Source: a virus
Taxonomy: Duplodnaviria > Caudoviricetes
Reading direction: 5' to 3' (one strand)
IMG/VR virus record: IMGVR_UViG_3300027419_000034
Span: 1-61,193 of that record
Length of the DNA stretch: 61,193 nucleotides
Positions within the stretch are counted from its first letter, which is position 1, and every line of letters starts with the position of its first letter. The notes beneath the pieces were generated by a model. The model searched no databases and was not told the origin of the DNA. It saw only the letters and a program-made list of their open reading frames with translations. The position numbers and the translations under genes were made by a program. Shown here in pieces: positions 9,606 to 20,298 of this stretch.

Positions 9606-10868
9606 TTAAGCTGCTCTAGTAGCCTGTATGGTGTGTGCAACTCCACCAATACTTACAGTCAAGTAAGCGGAAGTTCCACCAGTAAGCTGACTTGCAGTTA
9701 CACAACCAGCAATAGCATCAAATGACATTGCATAAGTAACTCCTGTGCAGCCACCAAAGTTCATATAGCTATTAAGATTAGTCGCATTATTCTCAAATCT
9801 TATTGCATCAAACTTTCCAGTTGCTACTGAACCACTAGTTGCTCCAGTATCACCAGTTACAACGTAAAGCGAAGATACGTTTCCAGTTGCAGTCTTAGTA
9901 TCAGTTATTGCAGCCTTGAATGCTCCAGCAACCAAGTTAGCATTACCAGCCTGTGTTGCCATAGTTTCAGAAACTAAGAAGTTAGACTGAACTCCATATG
10001 CATCATAAACATTGTGACCAATGTTAGTTGATACTAATATACCCTGTATCTTGTTATTAGTTACAGCAGCAGTAGTCGCATTACTTATTCCAAGTGCCAT
10101 AGAACTTGAATCAGCAGAAGTCTTATTCACACCACTTCTATTAACAATAGTAACTAAGATATTATCAACTAAAGCAGTATCAGCAAGACCAGTTCCCCAA
10201 ATACCAACACCTATTACGGGTGCATCATATGAAGCGGATGAAGCTGTGCAAATTATACGTCCGGGTGTAGTAAGGTTAGCATCAAGAGTTACTGTTCCAG
10301 ATAAAGTTATATCATCTGCACCAGAACCATCTGCCGAAATAGTTAATTTACCATCTGCACCTGAATTAATGTATAATCCAGTATCTCTAAACTGAACTTT
10401 CTTATTAGTTGCGAGTAAAGCATCACCATTTATTGATACATTACCAGTTCCAGTTCCAAAAGTATGTGCGCCATCAATAGAAATATCTCCATCCAGAGTT
10501 AATGTTCCTTCAAGTTCTATTGCTGGAGAAGTAACTTTTGCAGTTGTATCAGCAATAATATCTAACTGACCATCAGCACTCGAATACACATAAAGTCCAG
10601 TATCACGGAATTGAACTTTCTTAGCTCCAGCGACAGTCGCAGTTTCCTTAATATTAAGAGTATCTCCTGAACCAGACCCTACGTTAATAGTGTCGTCTCC
10701 AGAACCTAAATCTACATTACCATTAGCATCTAACTTACCAGTTACAGTAAGAGTATCAGTAGTAGCATCACCAAAAGCAAGGTCTCCACCGATAGTCATA
10801 TCACCGGAAACAATTACCTCTTTGGCCTTAACTATACCAGAACGCCAACCAAATTTATTATTAGCCAT
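9606..10868 (-). CDS. Head decoration/fibre-like protein
   Basis: Directly after MCP; internal repeat KKVQFRDTGLY..S.ADG.L.I.AD; likely start MANNKF. Confidence 0.65.
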   Translation of the reverse strand: MANNKFGWRSGIVKAKEVIVSGDMTIGGDLAFGDATTDTLTVTGKLDANGNVDLGSGDDTINVGSGSGDTLNIKETATVAGAKKVQFRDTGLYVYSSADGQLDIIADTTAKVTSPAIELEGTLTLDGDISIDGAHTFGTGTGNVSINGDALLATNKKVQFRDTGLYINSGADGKLTISADGSGADDITLSGTVTLDANLTTPGRIICTASSASYDAPVIGVGIWGTGLADTALVDNILVTIVNRSGVNKTSADSSSMALGISNATTAAVTNNKIQGILVSTNIGHNVYDAYGVQSNFLVSETMATQAGNANLVAGAFKAAITDTKTATGNVSSLYVVTGDTGATSGSVATGKFDAIRFENNATNLNSYMNFGGCTGVTYAMSFDAIAGCVTASQLTGGTSAYLTVSIGGVAHTIQATRAA

Positions 10869-10963
10869 TTTTAATCTACCTCGGATTATGAACCAATGGT
10901 TCAACAGAATCCTATAGTGTTATTATCTCCTCAAATAAAAAAAGAGGAGAAAAGAAAAGAAAC

Positions 10964-12022
10964 TTAAACGTCAGTTACGTCTATGAAGACAATTGCATCA
11001 TTCTGCAAAGTCTTAGCCTGATATGCCATTTCCATTATGAGTCTCTGTTCAAGATAACTCTCGAATGGAACGATATGCAACTTAGGCTTCTGTCCCCAAG
11101 CGAGACCCATAGCCTTTCTTGCCTTTATCATCATACAACGATGTCCAGTTGCACCAGCAACTCCTCCACCATCAGGAGAAGTTCCACCAACTGTGAATGA
11201 AGGCACGTTAGGAGTTACCACGATTTTTACACCGAGATACTTTCCAATTTCTCCATTCATCAAGACTTCGCTGCTACCATACTCAGCAGCATTCACGAAC
11301 TGAGAATCCTTAAGCAATACGTTCTCCTGTTCAGGAGATACGAACAATACGAAAGGTTCACCAGCCTCATTCTTCCAAGGATTCTTAGTTGCAGAACTTA
11401 CCTGTTCAGCAGCAGGGCTTCCCGGAGTCCAATATCTGCATATAGTAGACTGTAACTTAGTCTTAGCATCTGCTACCATATCAGTAGTAAACTTATCTCC
11501 AGTTGTTAATGCAGAATCAGCCTGTGCATCTCCACCGTAAATAGTTTGCGCTCCAGCAGTTGATGCTCCAGCAGCAGTTGCACCCTTAAGAGCAGTTGCT
11601 ACAGCAATATCAACAACGTCTCCAGCCTGATAAGTTAATTCTTCCTTAGCAGCCTTTAACAAGTCGAGAGCATTTACACGCAATGCACGATTAGAGATTG
11701 CTATTGCATAATTTGCATCAGCAGGAGTGAATGTAACTCCATCTAAGTTTGCAAGGTCAGTAAAGTTTACCTCAGTAGATTCTCCTACCGAAGCCTCCCA
11801 AGAAAGACCATACTTGCTTCTTATAGGCACGATAGCATCTTTCTTTCCTTCACCAAGTTCAGTCTGGTATGCAAACTGAGCAAAATACCATTGCTTCTTA
11901 GCTGCATCAATAATATCCTTTTCCCATACTGCTGGTTCTAACTCGTAACCAGAGTATGCACTACCACGAACATCAGTTGTTGTGGTGTGACCCAATTCTT
12001 CTACAGTTTTCATTTCTGCCAT
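10964..12022 (-). CDS. Major capsid protein (HK97 fold)
   Basis: 352 aa; LFVSPEQ..LL.D..F, GEIGKYLGVKIV; follows protease/scaffold. Confidence 0.9.
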   Translation of the reverse strand: MAEMKTVEELGHTTTTDVRGSAYSGYELEPAVWEKDIIDAAKKQWYFAQFAYQTELGEGKKDAIVPIRSKYGLSWEASVGESTEVNFTDLANLDGVTFTPADANYAIAISNRALRVNALDLLKAAKEELTYQAGDVVDIAVATALKGATAAGASTAGAQTIYGGDAQADSALTTGDKFTTDMVADAKTKLQSTICRYWTPGSPAAEQVSSATKNPWKNEAGEPFVLFVSPEQENVLLKDSQFVNAAEYGSSEVLMNGEIGKYLGVKIVVTPNVPSFTVGGTSPDGGGVAGATGHRCMMIKARKAMGLAWGQKPKLHIVPFESYLEQRLIMEMAYQAKTLQNDAIVFIDVTDV

Positions 12023-12051
12023 TTATAGGACACCTCAAAAATATATTTTAT

Positions 12052-13152
12052 TTAACCTTTCATCTTAGCTGCTTGACTATTCAAGTAGTTATACATTGCA
12101 ACATCGTGGTCTACAACATCTGCCTTCTTAGCAGAGTTAGTAACAACAACCTTACTTTCTGGTTTTGTAAGTTCAGAAGTTAATTTATCAATCTTCTGAG
12201 ACATAGCCTGCATCTCCTTACTCTGAGCCTCAACCTTTGTCTGCATATCCTTTAATGCAGAATCATCAGCATTCTCAGTTGAACAAGCTGCTGGTTTCTT
12301 CTTAAAGATACCATTCTTCTCTAATATTTCAGCAATAGCTGAAAGTATTTCTACCTCAGACATCTTTGCAACTGCCTGTGCTTCCTGTGTAGGATTTGCA
12401 GCAGCAGGAGCAGTAGAAGCAGTTGTAGTTTGTTCATCTGCCATTTTACTTGACACCCCAAATATCTTATTTAAATTATCAGTTATTTCTTTATAATCGG
12501 AACAGAAAACTTTTATTTCTGGATTTCCATAAGATGAAATTTCAAAACCATTTTCAAGTTCATTTATAGAACAAGACTTATACTTAGGTTTTTCAGCTTT
12601 AACACATTCAGACATCTTACCATCTTCTAATATGATTGGTTTACTTCCCTGTGAATTATTGATATACGCTTTCTTAACAGCAGGATTTATAACAACAGAA
12701 TAATTCTTAAACGTATAATCATACATTTCTCTACCATTAGTAGTTCCTTCAACTTTTGGAGAAATACCCATCTTAGGTTTTCCAATACCAAGAGTTATAG
12801 CAGCAATAGGATTGTAAATATATAAGTCTCCAGTCTGAAAACCAGATTCTTCATCAGTCTTAATATTCTTTACTTCTCCAATCCACTCAGAAGCCTTTTC
12901 ATCTTCGTGGTCATAAAACAATTGAGAATTATATCTATCAGACCAATCAGTTATCTTGTGTGCAGATAAAATACTTTCCTTAGAATAGTATTTATCATTC
13001 CAAACACCGGGAGCCATAAGAACTTTATCCTTAATAACATAAGGAATAGTAACAGTAGAATCTCCTAAAGTTACAACTGAATCAGAAAGTTCCTTGATAA
13101 TAGGATTTTGCATAAGTTCGGCATAAGTTACGAACTCCTTTTTATCTGTCAT
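12052..13152 (-). CDS. Prohead protease/scaffold
   Basis: YDH, GISP, SVVINPA motifs; C-terminal coiled coil. Confidence 0.75.
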   Translation of the reverse strand: MTDKKEFVTYAELMQNPIIKELSDSVVTLGDSTVTIPYVIKDKVLMAPGVWNDKYYSKESILSAHKITDWSDRYNSQLFYDHEDEKASEWIGEVKNIKTDEESGFQTGDLYIYNPIAAITLGIGKPKMGISPKVEGTTNGREMYDYTFKNYSVVINPAVKKAYINNSQGSKPIILEDGKMSECVKAEKPKYKSCSINELENGFEISSYGNPEIKVFCSDYKEITDNLNKIFGVSSKMADEQTTTASTAPAAANPTQEAQAVAKMSEVEILSAIAEILEKNGIFKKKPAACSTENADDSALKDMQTKVEAQSKEMQAMSQKIDKLTSELTKPESKVVVTNSAKKADVVDHDVAMYNYLNSQAAKMKG

Positions 13153-13186
13153 ACATATCTATTGTAAAGTTCTAATTAATTAGGGT

Positions 13187-13348
13187 TTACAATAAACCCA
13201 ATTTCTTCTGATACTTGTAAACTGTGAATTTTGATACCTGAACTTCTCTAGCTATAGAAGGACGATTCATACCTTCTTTAGTAAGTTTAGCTATATGACT
13301 AATTCTCTTCTGAGAAATTGGAAACCCAACCATATCTTCATTACTCAT
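13187..13348 (-). CDS. Small HTH DNA-binding protein
   Basis: EGMNRPSIAREVQVSKFTVYKY; likely start MSNED. Confidence 0.75.
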   Translation of the reverse strand: MSNEDMVGFPISQKRISHIAKLTKEGMNRPSIAREVQVSKFTVYKYQKKLGLL

Positions 13349-14456
13349 TCTTAACAACCTTCTTTTCATCCTTCTTTTTAACAATACTTGCTGGTTCTAA
13401 AACGTGACCAGAATAAGGAGAACCACTAGAACCATCTGATAAGTATATATTCCAAGAACTATCTTTTCCAAAAGTATATACTGAATTTACATTTCTTATA
13501 GAACAACCAGAACTATTATATAATTTTGAATACATCTTTATAGCTTCTTGATACTGACTAGGTTTAACTATAATAATAGGAGATTCTTTAACATTATTAT
13601 CAAAAGCTAAACTAGATAATAATCTTCTTCTATCAATAAACTTTTCTTTAGTTAAATCCTTTCCAAGATAAAGAAGGTCATTAAGATAAATAATATTATT
13701 AGATAACAAACCCTCAACAATAATATTATCGCTAGTGAGAGAAGTTAAAGAACTTAAAATACTTTGTTCCAAATCTAACTTAGAATCATCTACCGATTCA
13801 CTCATAGACGGTTCTCTAATTTCTATATCCTTTCCAATCTTAGTAAAGATTATTCTCTGACCATTTAATACTCTCTCAAAGAATACAATATCCTCTTCTT
13901 TAGAAGATAACTTTTCTAAAACAACATTCAAATCAGTTAAAACTTCTCCAGCATAAGAAGGAATAAACTTTTTAGAATTAAAAGATAAATTTTCAAATTC
14001 AGCAATATCTTTCTTTAACAGATTCTCTATCTCAGAATCAACCTTATCATAATTATAAACTTCTTCACTATTCTCAACAGTAGCCTTTGCTTGCGTGTGA
14101 GCTATAGCAAATGCCTTACCTTCATCTCCATACTGTTTATAAACTGCATTCCAAGTCTTACGAAATACGGTTTGTTGTTTTGGAGTATAAATCTTTCTAA
14201 TATTTAAAGGAAGGTCTTTATTAGAATCATAAATAAGTTCCTCAGTAGAAATACTTGACATAGAATCTCTAAGAGTCTTTATAGCCTTAGTAGTTTCACT
14301 AACAATATCTTTAGCATTAGATATACAAAGATTAAGTTCTTCTAATTCTCTCTTAGAATCTTCTATTCTTTGCTTGTATTCACTTAATGTCTTAATTGGA
14401 TTTCCATTCTCATCCAATAACTTTACTGCTCCACTACCTCCAATAACTGTTGGCAT
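13341..14456 (-). CDS. ChaB domain fused to a degenerate ATP-dependent DNA ligase-like domain
   Basis: DLP..IR..QQTVFRKTWN...YGDEGKAFAIA (ChaB); ERVLNGQR, IVEG, DLLYLGKDL....IDRRRLL. Confidence 0.7.
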   Translation of the reverse strand: MPTVIGGSGAVKLLDENGNPIKTLSEYKQRIEDSKRELEELNLCISNAKDIVSETTKAIKTLRDSMSSISTEELIYDSNKDLPLNIRKIYTPKQQTVFRKTWNAVYKQYGDEGKAFAIAHTQAKATVENSEEVYNYDKVDSEIENLLKKDIAEFENLSFNSKKFIPSYAGEVLTDLNVVLEKLSSKEEDIVFFERVLNGQRIIFTKIGKDIEIREPSMSESVDDSKLDLEQSILSSLTSLTSDNIIVEGLLSNNIIYLNDLLYLGKDLTKEKFIDRRRLLSSLAFDNNVKESPIIIVKPSQYQEAIKMYSKLYNSSGCSIRNVNSVYTFGKDSSWNIYLSDGSSGSPYSGHVLEPASIVKKKDEKKVVKNE

Positions 14457-14466
14457 TTAAAATAAT

Positions 14467-15825
14467 CTACTCCTCTTTAATCTTTTTTTCTACGTCTGGT
14501 TTTTGAATCTTCTGAGCAATTGAATGACCCATCTTTGGCATTGCTTCTGCTCTACGGATATACTCTTCAAGTTCCTTGTCAGGAGTTAATATTCCTGCTC
14601 TTGCATACTTGTCAATTCTATCTGCTCTGCTATCAAGTTCTTCTAATGCAATCTCATTAGGAACTGCTCTTGGATAACCTTTTATTTCTTCTTGTTCACA
14701 GAGTGGTTTAAATAATTGTGTATTCCAAACATAATAAGTTCTTCTCATTATATTCTTTAATCCAATCTTTGCAAGATATTCTTGTCTAGCGAGTGTAGCG
14801 CGATTGGTTTCTTCTCCACCACCAGTAGAGAATGCCTTTGGCATTCCAAGTCCAGCAATAATTTCATCATTGAAATAATTTAATTGTTCTCTCATTCCTT
14901 CTGGTGCTTGCGGTTCTATGATTGTTGCTTTAGCCCAATATGGTAAAGCAAGAACATCTCTATTCTTAATCTTTCTTCCTTCCTCTAAAGCATTCTTTAA
15001 CTGGTTCTCTGATGGTTCGTGCTGGTCGTCTCCAACATACATTGCAAGAATTGGATAACCAAGTCTTACTAAGAATGAAGAGAATGAATCTTGGACATTT
15101 TTCTTCTGTTGAATACTTGGATAAACTGGTTCTATGATTCCATAATCGTTTATTCCATCTCCCATTGGATAAAGAGAGAAGTGAATCATTCTGTCTGCTG
15201 GAACGTATATTCCATTAGAAACGGGTTTTATGTCATTTGGAAATGGAATTATAACCTTCGGCATAGTAACACCGTAAGGAATATATTCAACATAACCCTT
15301 CGGGTCTCCATTTTCATCCAAGACAATATTTCCCATATAGTCTCTAGCGTAATCAATAACTTCGGGGTCTACCAAATCTAAGTCTACAATACGAGTGTGT
15401 TGTTTGTTATAAATCTTTTCTATGAATGCTCTTCCAAAAATAAGTTGATTCTTAAATGTTAATTCTTGAACAGTTTCCCAATCTGTGCTAGTTCCTTTCA
15501 ATGCGAGAGAATTAGTAAATCTATCTACGACTTCGATTTGTTTAGAATCTCCTTCTAAACGATATCCTGCTGATAAAATAAGTTGAGTGGTCTTATTAAG
15601 AGTGTTAAAACAGATGGGGTCTGTATAAGCTGCATACTTTAATTCTCTTGGAGAAATTCTATTGAATGGTCTTGCTACGTCTCTCTGTGTTATTCTACTA
15701 GGTTCATAGTTCTCTTCTTTATCCATCTTGTATTTTCCAGTCTTTGCAAGACGATAGAACTCTTCCTTAGTATGTTCTACTTTCTTTTGTTTTAAAATAT
15801 TTGTTATAGTATCAGTCAAGTTCAT
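14467..15825 (-). CDS. Portal protein
   Basis: 452 aa directly after terminase; YGIIEP, GYP, GMPK...ETNRATL. Confidence 0.85.
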   Translation of the reverse strand: MNLTDTITNILKQKKVEHTKEEFYRLAKTGKYKMDKEENYEPSRITQRDVARPFNRISPRELKYAAYTDPICFNTLNKTTQLILSAGYRLEGDSKQIEVVDRFTNSLALKGTSTDWETVQELTFKNQLIFGRAFIEKIYNKQHTRIVDLDLVDPEVIDYARDYMGNIVLDENGDPKGYVEYIPYGVTMPKVIIPFPNDIKPVSNGIYVPADRMIHFSLYPMGDGINDYGIIEPVYPSIQQKKNVQDSFSSFLVRLGYPILAMYVGDDQHEPSENQLKNALEEGRKIKNRDVLALPYWAKATIIEPQAPEGMREQLNYFNDEIIAGLGMPKAFSTGGGEETNRATLARQEYLAKIGLKNIMRRTYYVWNTQLFKPLCEQEEIKGYPRAVPNEIALEELDSRADRIDKYARAGILTPDKELEEYIRRAEAMPKMGHSIAQKIQKPDVEKKIKEE

Positions 15826-15873
15826 TATTTAACGCCTATTTTTTAAGGAAGTTCTTCCTTTTAAATCTTTCTA

Positions 15874-17517
15874 TCATCTTGTTATAATTCTAAATCTTCC
15901 ATCTACATTAGTCTTTTCTAATATTCCTGCATATCTTTCTACATCAGAATCTCTAGTATCGTCACCATCTAGAGTAGTAGAATAAATCACGTTAGTATTT
16001 CCACTCTTTGTAGAAGATATATCCCTTACTGCCAATGCGAGAGATATTACCATATCATCGTGGTCTATGTCTGATTGGAATGTTGCAAAACCAGTTCTAG
16101 TCTTTGTTTCTTTAAACGATTCCAATTCTCTTAACAATCTACTAGTAAGAGTATAAGTGTTTGGGTCGTCCTGACTAGTGGGTATAATCAATCTATGAGA
16201 ACTATCAGTTCTAGCTTCTATGAATCTAGTTAAGTTCAATAGTATTGCTGACCTAGCATTGGGTTGCATATTCTGTCCATCAACATTAACATACGAGTTC
16301 TTTAAATCTTGTAAGAAGTTAGCACCAATATTAGACTGGTCTATAATAGCCTTACTAGCACCATACTGCTTAATCATACCAATAACTCTTTCAGTCTGTA
16401 AAGTAGTTGGCATACCGTGATGTCTCTCAATCTTCAATATCCTAACTCCATCATTAATAATCTTATCATACTCTATTCCTTCAAAAGTTTTAGACTTAAC
16501 TAACAAAGGTCTCTTCAAATGCTGAACAGCAGTAAACACGGAGTAGTCCCCATAAACCGATGTAGAAGTTGCAAAGTCACAACCAATATATACAGGGCCA
16601 AAAGATAAATCAGCAGACTGCTGGAAAGTAAGTTCATTAAAACAACAATTACTTAAGTCTTTAGACAAGTATAACTGAGAACCTTCACCACTTGGCGAAC
16701 ACATATACTCTCTATTGAACGCGAAGGCTCCCATATCTTCACGGATTTGTTTCAACTCTTGTAGCGTGAACCTCTCAGGCCACAGGGGTGCTACCCAATG
16801 AGAAGGGTCTAAACCCAAACCATCAGTAATAACAGCACTCTTATGCATATATTTCCATTGAGTATCAGGCTTCAAAGAACGAGACTTAATCTGACCCAAA
16901 TACAAATCGTCCTCACTCTGTGGAGTTCCAATAACAACCAACTGACCCTTACGACTTTGAACTCTTCCATAAACAATAGTCCAAAACAAATTAATAATCT
17001 CACTCATCGGAGTATCAGTTTCCCTCAACAAGTCGTCACACAATAAAAGATTGGGGTGAACCCCACGAATAGTAGAATTAAACGGTTTCGTATAATACTT
17101 GTTACGATTAGTCGTAATGAACTCAGTCCTATTCCACAAAGAATCATTACCCTTAGGAACCAAGTGTTTTAAGAAAGGATTGGACTCGATGTTCTGTTCA
17201 ACAATATCAGTAGTCTTCTTTGACTGGTCAAGCGAGGATGATATAGAACAAATCTCGAAGTCCCTCTCCTTCCAAAGTTTCCAGATTGGATAACCGACCC
17301 CATAAACAGTAGTCTTTGAATGTCCAATCGGATTAACGATACAAATATAACGATTATACGAAGTCTCCTTAAACTGTTCAATCTGAAACTCAGCCATCTT
17401 AAAGCCAAGAACATTATCCATAAAAAAAGGAAAACTATTCTGACACTTCACAATAAAATCTAAGTCATTGACCTTACTTTCAAGTTCATCATAATCCAAA
17501 ACTAAACACAGCCACAA
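15874..17517 (-). CDS. terL: Terminase large subunit
   Basis: Walker A PIGHSKT, Walker B LLLCDD, IGTP, LWPE, CDFA, HDDMVISLALA. Confidence 0.95.
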   Translation of the reverse strand: MWLCLVLDYDELESKVNDLDFIVKCQNSFPFFMDNVLGFKMAEFQIEQFKETSYNRYICIVNPIGHSKTTVYGVGYPIWKLWKERDFEICSISSSLDQSKKTTDIVEQNIESNPFLKHLVPKGNDSLWNRTEFITTNRNKYYTKPFNSTIRGVHPNLLLCDDLLRETDTPMSEIINLFWTIVYGRVQSRKGQLVVIGTPQSEDDLYLGQIKSRSLKPDTQWKYMHKSAVITDGLGLDPSHWVAPLWPERFTLQELKQIREDMGAFAFNREYMCSPSGEGSQLYLSKDLSNCCFNELTFQQSADLSFGPVYIGCDFATSTSVYGDYSVFTAVQHLKRPLLVKSKTFEGIEYDKIINDGVRILKIERHHGMPTTLQTERVIGMIKQYGASKAIIDQSNIGANFLQDLKNSYVNVDGQNMQPNARSAILLNLTRFIEARTDSSHRLIIPTSQDDPNTYTLTSRLLRELESFKETKTRTGFATFQSDIDHDDMVISLALAVRDISSTKSGNTNVIYSTTLDGDDTRDSDVERYAGILEKTNVDGRFRIITR

Positions 17518-17669
17518 TCCTTCTTAAACTCTTTCTCAAACGCCTTCTTCTCAGAAAACTCTAACCTATCCTTAAACTCCATACGCTTACCAATATTCCA
17601 GTTAGTCACAGGACGATAATAACCCACAACCCTAGAATACACTTCACACTTCTGACCACATTCACTCAT
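17502..17669 (-). CDS. Stand-alone NrdD C-terminal glycyl-radical domain peptide (55 aa)
   Basis: MSECGQKCEVYSRVVGYYRPVTNWNIGKRMEFKDR...; not in the ORF track. Confidence 0.85.
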   Translation of the reverse strand: MSECGQKCEVYSRVVGYYRPVTNWNIGKRMEFKDRLEFSEKKAFEKEFKKDCGCV

Positions 17670-17680
17670 AAACAATCAAC

Positions 17681-18352
17681 TCAATTACTCTGAACCCTAA
17701 CAACACCACTACGAATAGCCTTACGCCTACGCAAAGCATCAACAAACTCAGGACTAGGTTTATTAAAAACAATCTTCCCATCAATAAGTTCTGCGTCAAA
17801 TAAATCAAACTGATTATCCTGCAACTTCCTAAACCCATCAACAACATCCTGCTGACCAAAAACATTAACCTGAGTATTATTCGTAACCTTACTAGCCGCC
17901 TTAATCTCACCCAACCTCTCCAAAGCCGTCTTCAACTGAGCGTGAACCTCCTTAATAATCACAAGCTGAGTAAAAACATTACGGTCATTCATACTCTCCC
18001 CAAAATTATCCTGATAACGCTTCAACAACAACTTAGTCGAAGAATACAAATCCTCAAACTCACCCTCAACACGACCAACCTCAGTCAAAACCAAACCACC
18101 AATAGCCTGACCCTCAGCCGAACTCGCCAATAGTTTCTCCCCACTCTTCCTCAAACCACGAACATCATCAACAGAAACAACATACCCACAACCATTCAAC
18201 TTCTCCGTAACCTCCTCAACCGACTTCCCCCTCACAAACAAGTCCACACAAGCCAACTTCTCCCAATCCCCAACAACAACATCAGAACCCATACAACAAT
18301 CTACCCAAAACAACCATATGACAAAACAACTATATAAACCTTTCCCCTCCAC
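17681..18352 (-). CDS. Putative terminase small subunit
   Basis: N-terminal HTH-like, helical core, upstream of terL; true start probably MGSDVV (18292). Confidence 0.55.
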   Translation of the reverse strand: MEGKGLYSCFVIWLFWVDCCMGSDVVVGDWEKLACVDLFVRGKSVEEVTEKLNGCGYVVSVDDVRGLRKSGEKLLASSAEGQAIGGLVLTEVGRVEGEFEDLYSSTKLLLKRYQDNFGESMNDRNVFTQLVIIKEVHAQLKTALERLGEIKAASKVTNNTQVNVFGQQDVVDGFRKLQDNQFDLFDAELIDGKIVFNKPSPEFVDALRRRKAIRSGVVRVQSN

Positions 18353-18931
18353 TAACCATACTAAGTATAATATAATAACATATATACTATATATACTATA
18401 TTACTAAAAAAAAATAATAAAAAAAAATAAGTATAAAGGTGTGTTACTTATATATGTATTTTTATTTTTTCGTGAATGGTATTTATATTTGTTTGTGTTG
18501 TTTTAGTATATTAATGTTTGTATTGTTTTTTTGTAGCATAAGTTTATATATAACAAATAGGTATATATACTTACTCGTATAATAGAAAAGAACACATAAC
18601 CAGTATATAAATAAACAATGTATTATAAACACATACACATATAATATAACGAACAAATAATCAACTTGGTAGGTAGTAGTTAATATCGTATTAACAAAAC
18701 ATAGGTTATTAATTGTTGGCTTCCTGTTATATTAGGAAGACCTGTTCTTTTTTTGTTTTGTTTGGAATGGGTGGTATATTCAGATAGAAGATTATCTACT
18801 ATCTTTTGGTAGATTGTCTTTATACTATCTTTGTATCATCTGTGGGTTTTCTTATTAGAATATTCGTCTAAATAAGATGGTATTCCTACTGTTAAGATGT
18901 CATTGTCTTATGGTGGGGGAAAGTGGTTTAG
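18353..18931. promoter_or_regulatory. Divergent control region between late (-) and early (+) arms
   Basis: Gene orientation switch, multiple TATA-like boxes, hairpins at 18788-18820. Confidence 0.6.
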
Positions 18932-19174
18932 ATGGATAAACTTAGCTTCTTGGAGGAGCTAGAAATACCAGAGAAGGAAGGACAGAAGACGAGTCGGGCT
19001 TACCTGATGGTTGCTGACTTGAACAATGCTGGCGATAAGAAGCTTGCAGATGCAGTCCGTAAGGTTGCTAATGCGAAGAACCTTAAGGATTCTCAAATCT
19101 GCAAACTGATTGTCGCTAACAGTTTGTTTGAGAAGAAGGAATACGATGAGTTGGTTAAGCAGATTCTTGCTTAA
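18932..19174 (+). CDS. Putative ribbon-helix-helix regulator, paralog of 21738..21923
   Basis: LEELEIPEKE...YLMV.D...AVRKVANAK. Confidence 0.55.
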   Translation: MDKLSFLEELEIPEKEGQKTSRAYLMVADLNNAGDKKLADAVRKVANAKNLKDSQICKLIVANSLFEKKEYDELVKQILA

Positions 19175-19372
19175 TCTTTCCTTTCTTTTTCATTAATTTT
19201 TTTGTAGGGTTTCAGCATTCATTTGTTGGCCTTGCGGAAGATGGTTTAGATGGACAATAAACGATTCTTCTTTACCAAGAAGAAGAACTACCAATTGTTT
19301 AGTGTTGGTGGTAAAAGTTTCGTTGAGGAAATAGGTTAATTTCCTCTATTCTTTTTCTTTAGATTCATATAG

Positions 19373-19744
19373 TTGATTCTTATGACAAAACCCTTAAAGT
19401 TTCTTGATTCGGCAAGCGGTATAATGGAACACCGCAGGCTGGTTAAACGCAACCACATAGAACACAAGTTGCGGCAGATTAGACGCAAGAAGGAAGAAGC
19501 TGGAAGCGCACCAGCGCACGTTAGGCCAATCGGGGTTTATGGCGATGCTAAGACCCAAGAGTTTCTTAACGATACACAGCTTAAGATTAGTATGCAAATC
19601 AAGGAAAGACTGGAACGCCAACGGGCTAAAGAGTTACACCTTGAAGAAGAACGGATAAAAGACGTTCAGGAAAGGCAGGCACACTATCAGAAACAGATAG
19701 ATGCCATTAGCAAGAGGGGTTTAGAGAAGTGGCTTAGAGTCTAA
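19373..19744 (+). CDS. Hypothetical protein
   Basis: 123 aa charged ORF. Confidence 0.6.
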   Translation: MILMTKPLKFLDSASGIMEHRRLVKRNHIEHKLRQIRRKKEEAGSAPAHVRPIGVYGDAKTQEFLNDTQLKISMQIKERLERQRAKELHLEEERIKDVQERQAHYQKQIDAISKRGLEKWLRV

Positions 19745-19772
19745 GCCCGTTCTCAATCTTCTATCTTCTATC

Positions 19773-20006
19773 TTGGAAGATAAGATATATATTACTTTAT
19801 TAAAGGCGTTTTTACTTATGGCTAGAACTATTGGTAAAGCTAAGATTAATAGGATTAAGGCTTTAGTTAAAGAGTTTAAAGCTAAAGGTTGTCCTAGTAT
19901 TAGGGAAGCTGTTAGAGCCGAATTACCATCTGAGTGGTGGGATATTTGGGAGATGGCAGACCAAGAGATTGATAGAGTAATCTGGGATGAGATTTTTAAT
20001 AACTAG
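19773..20006 (+). CDS. Hypothetical protein
   Basis: Likely start MARTIGK. Confidence 0.6.
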   Translation: MEDKIYITLLKAFLLMARTIGKAKINRIKALVKEFKAKGCPSIREAVRAELPSEWWDIWEMADQEIDRVIWDEIFNN

Positions 20007-20298
20007 ATTAAAGGCGAAAATACTATGTCTTTACAAAACTATGCTGACGCATATAATCATCTTGGTCATACAATAGTTTGTATTCTATATCCAAATGAAG
20101 TTTGTATAGAATGCGAAACTTGTTGCGAGGTTTTATCTTCGTATAAAAAGAAATAAGTTTTATACTGACTTTCTGGAAAGTGGTTAGATTGAAGAGGAGA
20201 ACTTTAATCGGTTAAATCTTCTAGGATAAGGATAGACTGAACTTTAAGTAACCGTAGGTCTATCTTCCTATTTATACTAAATCATAAGTGTTTATAAA

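Noticed and set aside
796-18133. Plus-strand ORFs overlapping the late genes (e.g. 796, 1179, 4676, 8887, 10021, 15091)
   Set aside because: Antisense shadows of well-supported minus-strand genes; low-complexity translations caused by strand skew
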